DNA of 63,944 nucleotides, filler included, from Thelocarpon superellum (Eukaryota): NCBI GenBank assembly GCA_026025795.1. It is 7 parts of 7 records of this genome, joined end to end, with 100 filler letters (N's around TTAATTAATTAA, not from the genome) between each part and the next. Parts side by side here need not be neighbours in the genome. Positions count along the whole stretch, not along the records: positions 1 to 9,747 come from JAPEUG010000556.1; positions 9,848 to 19,524 come from JAPEUG010000557.1; 5 more parts are not named here. One strand, 5' to 3'. Shown piece by piece: positions 1 to 10,007 of this stretch (position 1 is its first letter; each line of letters starts with the position of its first letter). The notes under the pieces were generated by a model. It saw only the letters and a program-made list of their open reading frames with translations, ran no database searches and was not told where the DNA came from. The position numbers and the translations under genes were made by a program.

Positions 1-820
1 CCTCCACAAAATGACGTCTTCACCTTTTCGTCATCGCCGATGGTGATGAGACAGTTCAGATGGCGCGAGTCGACAAGGACGCTTCTCCGATACAATGAAG
101 AATGGAACTCAAGAGCGATGGCGCGCATGGCCCAGGATATCGTGAATCTCTGGCAGTCACAGCTTCTCGATGACGTGTCGAATGACTTACACAGGCAGTT
201 ATTCAAATTGTATCGTCAATCGATCAAGATACAGAACCACCTCCTCTTCCCAATCCAGTGGATCCAGCCGGGGGCCAGAGGAGCTTTGATGAGGTGGCGG
301 CGTGCCGTGCAGGACTTCCAACAAAAGCTCACGGACCTCATGCGTACGCTGGCCCCCTCTTCCCTTCAACATCTCGCGTGCCCAGATACTAATCTCTCCT
401 ACAGCACAGCACCGAGCGGACATTGAACGGACCGTCCAAGACTGGGCCGATTATGCGATTGAGTCCGCGAGCAATTTCTCGGCCACGAGCCTTTTGCTTC
501 CTTTGTGCAGCGAGCCAGGTAACAATATCGTAAGGCAATCGCTGGTCAGGGTCAAATATTCCGGACAGGACCCTATCACCGGAGACTACGACTGGCCTTC
601 GGCTCTGCACTCCGCCTCCAGTATCTATTTCACCAAGTACGAACCCGCCGATTACCAGAGCCAGAACGGTGAAGCGACTATGAAGGGCAACACGAATGGC
701 AATAAGGACGACCACGCTACGAACGGTCTGAACCCGAACGAGACAGCCGTAGCGTTAGCACGGAAAGACGCATTGAAAAGGGACCTGCGCAGCATGTATG
801 GTGAAACGTATAGCATGTAG
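1..820 (+). CDS. 3' part of an unidentified protein (5' truncated by window edge)
   Basis: Frame open from base 1. Intron 344-404 (GTACGC...TACTAAT...CAG) joins ORF 40-426 in frame to ORF 302-820; stop TAG at 818-820. No family recognised. Confidence 0.65.
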
Positions 821-2447
821 GTCCTCGAGGTCTACCGGGTAATTCCATCCAACCGGAGACAAACAACTTAATCGATTTCTATCAACGACTTCTGCCGCGT
901 ATCCTACATCTTATAAGATTCATGCCGCGGATATGATATGACCCATGATCATACATAGACGATGGTGGCGAATGCGTTTGTATGAGGAGATCTCGTCCTG
1001 GCAGAGATGTTAATTACGTGAGTTACTTGTAGATACCGTAAATGAATCTAGAGATGAGTCCTCTGACAAGCCCACAGTCAGTGAAACAAGGCCGGCACGA
1101 CAAGCAGAGGTGTTCCATTTCTCGTGATGACGAAATGGAAATACTAATGTTGCAACCTGTGATGGGCCCGTTTAACGTGAAAGTCTACGTGAATATTATA
1201 TTCAGGTAAAATATTCTGATCGACAGTTTACTCGCCGAGCGAAAATTTATTAAGTAATCGAATTAAATATTGCAGTTGTTGCTTGGCACCGGTGCCATAC
1301 TGCTGCTGCTCTACTTTAGGACCATTGGAAGTAACCCAGACCACTTGTCGTGGTCTGGGTTAGCCGGCGCCGCCCGAGGGCTAATCTGGATAGAAGGATG
1401 ATCAACCCCTGCTGTAGTTAACATTGGCTTAAGACGCCGCGCCATTTACTTCGCACGTGGTCATTCTTATGTTCGCACGGAGATCCTGTTCAACACCATC
1501 AACATAACCACCACGGTCGCCCTTGCTACTTACGGTCACTCTGCAAGAGTATTTTCTTATGAGCGGTGTCGTGGGATTATTGGCGGGGTATCCTTGCAAG
1601 TCTACCGTGCCAAGGTACATATCTGGCACCCCGCGAGCCCCGGTTAATGATCGGATGAGGGCAAGCTGCGCCAAGTCGACCATCCCACTTCCAGGGCACG
1701 AGTATGAACCGAGGCTGTTGAAAGGTGTCAACGGGAAGAGAGGATGAAGTGGACTATTGACGGTAGGCGGAGGGGGCGGGAACGTGGGCGAAGATGAGAG
1801 GACGGATAGGACCGATCGGGGTTGTGTTGGCCAGGCATGCAGGCAAGCTAGAACCCAACAGGGGTGGGGGGTCTAAGCGAGAGGAGAGGTGGGTGGAGAG
1901 CTGAACTGTGCGGACTAGTCGTTGGTCCAGGTCCACCGTGCGACAGATGGAAGAGGGGGAGACCTAAGGAGGATTGCAATCAGCACCAACCACGACGGGC
2001 CGTACTCTCCGCGCATGGTAGGGCGGTGAAAGGAGAGAGAGGGGGGGAAAGTGACCTCCTTTGACTAGTACCCTACCCTATCATGCTAGACGAGTACCGT
2101 AGCTGCCTTGCCCGTACCCGTAGGTACGACGGGTAGATCAATACCCATACAAACAGTCACCATGGTGTTTCGGACAACCCGCTCTGACAAGCGATACTGG
2201 GATAAGAATCCGCCCACCCACCACACCCACCCCCACCGCGCACACACAGACCTCTCTGTCCCTCTGCTGTCTCCCTCTCACTCTTCCTCTTTCTCTCTCT
2301 CTCTCTTCTCAACCATAACCTACCTCAAATCGCACCAACACGCAACACTAAATCAACTCGTCTTCACCTCCTATTCTCATATTCCACGTGCGGACCTCCA
2401 CAAGCCTTCACTCCTCAAGGCTCCAAACTAAACAAACGCCAGTCAAG

Positions 2448-2728
2448 ATGCCTGCCCAAATCGCCATGGAGCAACAGGCTCCTGCTCCCACTGAGCCCAT
2501 GACCGTGGAGGCTTCCTCCAATGGCGTCGTCGCCGAGCAACCGGTACGTGCGAATGAGCTAAGTCCTTCACATCCTCTGTTCCACCCTGGACCGTACGCC
2601 CGAGAGTCTTACTGACGCCTTCTCTGCAGAAGCCCGAGCCGCCCATGCAATCGCAGATGAGCCTCCGTGGTGGAGAGTACGCGAGCTGCGACATCTGCGG
2701 CTGCGGATGCTCCGAGGGATGCTGCTAA
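2448..2728 (+). CDS. 64-aa small protein with LRGG motif and Cys-rich C-terminal tail
   Basis: Exons 2448-2543 and 2630-2728; phase-0 intron GTACGT...TACTGAC...CAG. Product MPAQIAMEQQAPAPTEPMTVEASSNGVVAEQPKPEPPMQSQMSLRGGEYASCDICGCGCSEGCC*. Start context CAAGATG; CT-rich tract upstream (~2250-2310). Confidence 0.8.
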
Positions 2729-3531
2729 GCGGAAAGAAGACGGACGGTGCCGACACAGATTGATTGTACCGTGGCGCTAGTAGGCTGCCTCGTGGGATGG
2801 AACACAGACGGCTAGCTGCTACTGAGGAAGGAGAGGAAGCACGGGCTCGTTGCTAGCGAGATAGCGAAGAGGGCGCGAGTCCTCGTATGCAGGCAGAGGA
2901 AGTGATTGTCGTATCAAGCAAATATCCCACGGAGTAGTATACCCATTTACTGCCGTTCTCTGTCCATCAGATGAATCAAATAAACCTTAGAGGCGCGGAG
3001 GGAGAGACATGGTTGGTCGATGCCTCACGCGCATGATGATGTGAAAGCCGGGAGAAAGATGATGAACATTAGAGTAGAGCGACAGAGAACCGAATATTAT
3101 AATAAAAGAGGAAGGAAGATGAGTGACGGAGGTATACTTCGTTAGTGGTCGACAGGCGAAAACGTGCCGACTGCATTATTTTAACGAATATTTAATTGCT
3201 TCGATTTAAATATTCGCCGTTATTCGCAAGTTTCGCCAGGACTTCTCGCACTACTTTGTCCATTCGCTCGCTTCTCTTGAAATATTTTAGATGGGTAGTC
3301 GGTCGCGTTGGAGCGGAGCGGGGCGGGTTCAAGCTGGCATATCAACAGTAAAGTACATTAGTAGTCATATGGGTCATTGAAACGGATAGCATTGCTCTCG
3401 CTCTCTTCGTCTCCTGCTTCCTCGTCTTCAAACTACACATGGTGACTTGTTCGCGACGTGAAGCTCAGCACCAGGCCGCCAGAGGTATCCAACTACTCCG
3501 TACATGTATGAATCTCTAGAGTCTCTCGAAC

Positions 3532-5219
3532 CTACAGCTTGGACAACCTCCCTCCACCGCGCCAGACCGTTTTCTCTTTACTTGCTAATGTGTCGTCCGT
3601 GCCTCTTCCTGTATGTGGTCCTGCATTCTCCGATGGTACCAGGTGATCTAGATCCAACGTATTGACCAACCCCGGATGGAGCTGGGAGATTTCAGTGACC
3701 CCAACCATCTTCATGCTCGTCTGGAGCTCGTCACGGAGGACTGATTCGGACGGAACGTCAGCCTGTTGAAAGGGAGCAGACGAGCACTGCGAAAAGAAAA
3801 ACTCACTCTCGATCAAATGCTCCACGCCCTGCTGTCCGTACTTCAAAGCGTAGAGAAAGGGTCGTCCGACACCCACTCCTTTCGCACCGAGGCACAGCGC
3901 CTTTAAGATGTCGGTGCCACGTCGAATGCCCCCGTCGACATAGACCTCCAGCTTGTCGAAAATCTCCGGACAGCATTTCCGCAGTTCCAGCAGGACAAGG
4001 ATGGCAGGCGAGCTGGTATCGAGGCTGCGTCCGCCATGGTTGCTGAGCACGATGGCGGCCACGCCTGCCTCCATGGCCAGCCGCGCGTCCGCGGCCGTCT
4101 GGATGCCTTTCAGCACCAGCGGCAGATCCGTGCAGTGGCGGATCCACGCCAGATCGTCCCACGTCAGCGTGGGGTCCACTTGGCTGCTCATCAACCGCGC
4201 CAAGCCGCCTCCTTTGGAATCATTGACCATCTTGGTGCCGCTGGTGGGTTCGTGGATTCCACTTTCCTCGCCCATGCTCACTCGTTCGTCAGCCTCGCGC
4301 TTCCCGGCAAGTGGTGCGTCGACCGTCACGAAGATCGCGCGCACGCCCAGTGCCGACACGCGCCGGAGAAGTGTCTCTGTCTTAACCCGGTCGCTGTTGA
4401 CGTAGAGTTGGAAGAAAAACGGGTAATGCAGGGGTGCAGCCGGGATCAAGTCTCCTACCGGAATGGTGGAAAAGGTGGAGATCTACTCGCGTCTCAATAT
4501 CCATGTCTTACCTCTGATGATGTGTTGGACCAACTCACAGTCTGGATGATGCCCTTGGCCGCCGCTCCCCTGGCCAATGCCGTTTCCCCGTCGGCATGGG
4601 CCAGCTTTGCCATGGAGGCCGGCGCGATGAAGAATGGCGCGGAGGAATCACAGCCCAAGATCGACGCTCTGGTACTAGCCGTCCCGACATGTCGCAATAT
4701 CCGCGGCCGGAGCCAGATCCGGTCATAGAAGGTCTTGTTGGCATCGCGAGTGATCAGATCCGTCGCCGCGGACGAGTAAAACACCCATGCCTTCTTCGAA
4801 AAGGCGCGCGAAGCGACCTCTTCGAAGTCATTTGCATTAACGATCGTATGGAGTGGGGGGATGTCGTCCCCCGAGGGCAAGTCCTTCCTGTCGGAGAGGC
4901 GTGGCTCGCTCCACTCGGACGCGATGGTCGATTCGTCAATCGTGCCGCGAATTTGCTCGGCCGTCAGGCTATCCTCTAGGATGGAAGGCGGGTGCACGTC
5001 CTCATACGCCGCTGTGGCATCTCGTCCCGCATAGCGGAAGATGACTGTGGTAGAGATGAGCACCGGACATCTGCACAGGGTTCGTCACACATACGTACGG
5101 TCCGCGCCGCCGGGATGCTGCGGCGCAAAGTCTGTTACATCGTACACTTTGCCGCGGATGACGATCCAGATGTCGCTCGGTTGATTGTGTTTCGCAATCT
5201 CTGTCGCTGTCAGCGTCAT
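3532..5219 (-). CDS. Flavocytochrome b2-like FMN-dependent alpha-hydroxy acid dehydrogenase with N-terminal cytochrome b5 domain
   Basis: HNQPSDIWIVIRGKVYDVTDFAPQHPGG (cyt b5); TVDAP, LKGIQ, SNHGGRSLD and DGGIRRGTD motifs; three GT-AG introns; ends in SKL. Confidence 0.92.
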
Positions 5220-5675
5220 CGAGTCTACTTGAAATGCCGCCACCGGAAGTAGTCTATCTCGATGCTGGTGTTGACGCCCGCTGAGGGTCGAGTCGGGTCT
5301 GGTGGGTCAATGACCCGAGACAGGTGGAGGTTTAAGTGGCTCATTCGACTTCCGTAGCAGCTTCATCATCGTCCTGACCGCTGCTCGTGTCGCCGTCACA
5401 CTAACCGTCACAGAAGCAAGTAGATCATGCTTTTCTCATTTTCCACCTTTCCAATGGTACCGGCCGGCTTTTAGCAATGTAAACCTTCCCATGCCTCATT
5501 TATCGCGGTACGATTTATCGCGGTACGATTTCCTGGCGCCTGACCCGCAAGTACGCCCTCGCATGTTGACCCAGTTCCATCGTCAGACCGCCCAAGCCGA
5601 ACGACGCCGGCAATGTAAGCATAGAGACACATGAAGACAGGAATCCTTCAAGGAACAGAGAAGAGAATGTGCCTC

Positions 5676-8268
5676 TCAACGACCTTCCACGCATAGGCCA
5701 AAAAGTTGATCGACAAAGGTATCAGGGTCTTCCATCTCTGTCGTCGCGCAGCCACTGGTGCCGAAACTACGCATCTCGAGGTCGCCGTCGATCTCATTGA
5801 TCTCACGCACGTCGATGCTGACCTCCTGGCTGACCATGATGCCACCGTAGTTCATCTTGTCAGGCACCTCCTTCTCCGTCTCTTCCATGGCGAGGACGGG
5901 ACCATTCGGACGACGCTCGAGCGCGGCCAAGACCCACCATCCCTTCGATTCGGGCGCGTTCTTCGACGGCGTGAGATGGGGGATGACCTGACTCGAGGGC
6001 CGGTGATGGAACACGCCCCGCGCCCGCGGCTTGGGCTCCACGATGGGGGCAAATTCGCGGTGCACGGCACGGGCGAAGACCTCGTGGTCGGGCGCGTTCC
6101 GGTAGACGTGTTGCTGGCAGCGGAAGACGGAGAGCGGGGTGAACTCCAAGTCAGGATTCATGGCCTGCGTGTGGATGGGGAGGATGGTGCGGAAGGCAAG
6201 CATCGTCGCCCGTCCCGGCATCGCCGTCGCTTGTATGCCCCTGCAGGGCACCTGCACCGGCGTCGACACAACCACGGCGTCCTGGAAGAGCGGGTCGGCC
6301 ACGTCCGCGGCCAAGGTCGTGAGCGCGTCCAGGAGCTGAACCACGCACTTCTGCTCGCGCAAATCCTGGCTCGCCGTCCTGCTCCGGAGCCAGGCGAGGC
6401 ATGCGCTGACCGTCCATCCATTGGCCTGCCGGAGGAAATTCACGTGCCATTCGTCCAGGAGCGCAATGGGCAGCTTGACGGCGGGTAGGCGGTTCTTTCG
6501 CGCCTTGCGCACCAGCACGTCGAACCCCCCCCCGACGCGGGCGCGGATCGCGAAGCAGCCTAGGTGCACGCCGCGGTCCATGATGGGATCGCTTCGCGAA
6601 TAGGTGCGCATGCTCGCGAGACGCCGGGCCAGGCCCTCACGCTCCACCTGCATGCTGCGTGCCAGCTTCTCGACGATGTTGGACACATCCGCGAAGCGAA
6701 AGCCGTGAGACTGCAAGCGCGTCGTTTCCGCTTTGTTGGTCCGACGCACCACGAACAAGACCTGGCCGCGGCCGTGGATGACATGGTCCCGCAGGCCGGC
6801 CTCGGCGTCGTGCACGGGACTGGGGCGGGCGGACGAGAGGCAGCCCCACCGCCGCTGTTTCGACTTCGCCGTCGTGCCCGTCATCATGATCTCGTCGTAC
6901 AGCACCCCCAGATTTTCCAGCGGCTCGTCGATCTGGTCCGCCAACTCCCACGCCGCCACGCAGAACAGCTCGCGAAAGACGACCGAGTAATCCTCCGACG
7001 GGTCCGTCTCCTCGGCATTGGGGTGAGGTGGGGGCGGTGCGGGCTTGCGGAAAGTGTTGGAATCGAGATGGGCGCGCATGCCCACGAGCAGATCGAGGAT
7101 ACCGTACCAGTTCCGTGAGGCGCGGAAGATCCATAAGAAGACGGGGTGGGAGATACTAAAATGGTCCTCGAAAGACTGTCGTGCACCCTGTGTGTCAGCG
7201 CGACCCGTCACCCCACACCGACCTGACGGAGCGGACTAACCCGTTCAATGTATGAATTCGTGATCTTCTGACTCGGCAAGAGCCCCTCCGGTGTCACCAG
7301 AAGCCGTCCGTCGGGATCAAACGTCGCACAAGCGAGCACGACCTGCTTGTTCCGACTCGCCGACCGGAGTCGGCGACGCTGCGCAACGACGGCGTAGGAG
7401 AACAGGATTGCGCAGGCGGCGACAGACTATCCTGTGGTCAGAGGGGCACCTGCTCAAGAATTCTAGGGGCAGACGTACGAGGACAATGACAACGACGACG
7501 ACTTGGTCGCGCGAGATGTTCCCGTCACCCGACGTGTTAACGTGCCGGAAGCGGTACTGCGTTCCTGACGACGCGATCCAATGCATGCCCGACACCGTGC
7601 CGGCCAGGAGGAAGGCGCAGAGCGCGCGTTTCCACCACGAGTTCGTCCAGGCGGCACGCAGCACAAAGAAGATGGTCAGAGTCGTGATGGAGGCGGTGAT
7701 GGCGATGAGGGCCGACGCGACGATATTGGCCACGTCGTACACGCAGGTATAGTTATCGATGCCCGTCTCCCCGACGTAGTGCATGCCACAGATGGCCAGA
7801 CCGGCCAGCGTGCCACCAATGGTCACACGCACCTTGCCCACGCGCTCGTAGGAGCCGACCGTCATGAAGGCTGTGAAGATGACGAGGATGGGAACGAAAA
7901 AGGAGACGGCGGTGGAGGTGGAGCTGTAGGCAATCTGCAACTGTGGCTGATCGGCATCCAGCACGATGGCGCGATTCCCAATGAAATGCATGCACCAGAT
8001 GGCTACCGATCCCATGGTTATGGAAGAGCCGGTCAACAGGAACCTGTGCCATTCTTTGGTCAGTCCTGGCCCTCGTCTTAGGGCAGCAGGCAAAGATGGC
8101 GAGTAAGGTCACACACCAGTTGTAGAGGCCCCGGCCTGAGGTCCGCTTGTGCAGAAGCTCCAATGTCGTCCATGCACCGAGGTAGCTCACGACGTATGAT
8201 AAGACGATGAAGCCCGGAATAAAGGACCGTGGCACGATCTGGTTCTCCCAGTCGCTGAAGGTATCCAT
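5676..8268 (-). CDS. MHYT-domain membrane protein with long cytoplasmic C-terminal region
   Basis: Three MHYT-type repeats (IWCMHFIG, ICGMHYVG, VSGMHWIA) within hydrophobic helices; several GT-AG introns link them to the 511-aa terminal ORF 5676-7211. Confidence 0.85.
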
Positions 8269-9747
8269 GATGGCGCTTGCTAAGTGACGAGATTAGGCCG
8301 GCGTTGATCTAACACGATGGTCGCTGGTGTTCTTCGAGCGATCTCGATGGCCGTCGACACTAGAAACCACCGCTCTCCCTCCCCTCGCCTCTCCTCGGAC
8401 GGCGATCGCCCCGGACAGTTCTCAACAGAAAGCTGACGTCGCGATCGTGCTCTTGTGGCCTCGTCGTCGGGAGCGGCTAAGGCGTGCCGGATAATGAAAG
8501 ACAGTCCGAAGGTCTGGAAAACATGTGGCTGATGGCGGAAGAGCAAGATGGATGGTTAAAGGAGAATGGGAAGGTACAGGGTAGGACGACGATAGGCGGT
8601 GGTGAGGAACGGGGCGGACGATCCTTTTGCTGGTCGGATATCACAGGGGCCGAACAGAATGCCGGTGAGAAATGATGGGCCAAGGTATGCAGTGCGAGCT
8701 CGTGGGGCCGTCGTAATGATGAGGAGCTTCACGGGCGAAATAGGTAAAAGCGACGATGTCGAGATGGGACACGCATGAACCAATGAAGCCGGGTCGCCCC
8801 ATGTGCCACGACCAAGAACGAGGTACCGGTCACCGGGGAGCGGGGAAGTGGATCAGGTCGTTGGAAAGACCCAGGCAAGGCCTGATCAGCTTGGGACCTG
8901 CATCTACGCCGCCGTTGTGATGGAAATTTGGTCACTCATGACAGAGAGTGGCAGTCTCGAGGTGTCGGCGGTCGGCGGGGGTGTGAGGTCGAGACCATGG
9001 CCGACGGGCCTGTCGGAGCAAAACGCCACGGCCGAGCCAGGGCAAAGGGCTCCGCGGTGTGCCGAAAGCGCTGCCGGTACCTACAGACCGTGAGGTGGAC
9101 AACAACGGTTGGTTAAGACCGCGGCGTGGGTAGCCAATGGTCGGATCACATCGCCGTTCAATCCATTACGTCCATGCCGGTATGCATCACCCGTGCGGAC
9201 CTGTCCTCGGACGGTGCCACTACCTACTGCCGCCCCATCTCCCCGGGCCCAGCCGCGCCAGCCAGTGGCCGGAAGCGACCAAGATGGCCAAGCGACGAAA
9301 CGGAAGGGGGGGTGGGAAGCCACTTGGATGGTCTCAATGATCGTGTGCCAGCTTTGGCGTTCGGGGTGGATGTGCCATTGGAGCTATTGGGAGCCTGTCC
9401 GAGGCCGGCGCCCGTTTCCTCGGATAGGAATGGGGGTGGGAGGACAATCGCGACAGTTTGAACCGAGTCCAGTGCGCGTCCTGCCAGTGATCGACCAACG
9501 GGCGCCTGTCGGTCCTAGCACGAGCACGTAGCGCTCCCACTGCTGGTATTGGGGACAGGTACGGGTACTCGTACGAGTGCTCGTTTCCTACCAGTACGCA
9601 CTACGACTAGCCGACAAAGCACAAGTCCACCATTCTGATTGGCCTGATGGCTCTTCTCCTGCGCCGGAAGTGACGGGTGCATTCCGCTGCGGCATTGATA
9701 TCCGCAGTTAGAGCAAGAGAGGTGTCCGCCGGCGGCCAAAAACAAGG

Positions 9748-9847
9748 NNNNNNNNNNNNNNNNNNNNNNNNNNNNNNNNNNNNNNNNNNNNTTAATTAAT
9801 TAANNNNNNNNNNNNNNNNNNNNNNNNNNNNNNNNNNNNNNNNNNNN
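9748..9847. other. Artificial contig linker (44N-TTAATTAATTAA-44N)
   Basis: Six-frame-stop spacer, exactly 100 nt. Confidence 0.98.
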
Positions 9848-9978
9848 TCAGTCCGTCAGTCCGTCAGTCCGTCAGTCCGTCAGTCCGTCAGTCCGTCAGT
9901 CCGTCAGTCCGTCAGTCCGTCAGTCCGTCAGTCCGTCAGTCCGTCAGTCCGTCAGTCCGTCAGTCCGTCAGTCCGTCA
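9848..9978. repeat. (TCAGTCCG)n tandem repeat, ~16 copies, cut by contig end
   Basis: Perfect 8-nt period; short (TCAA)n run follows at ~9988-10010. Confidence 0.97.
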
Positions 9979-10007
9979 AGTCATCGATCAATCAATCAAT
10001 CAATCAA

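Noticed and set aside
9792..9803. TTAATTAATTAA palindrome recurring about every 9.6 kb
   Set aside because: Synthetic six-frame stop linker inside N runs, not biological.
9848..9978. Possible telomeric repeat at contig end
   Set aside because: Unit is not TTAGGG-like and lies 30 nt from the stop codon of a core gene; the array more likely caused the assembly break.
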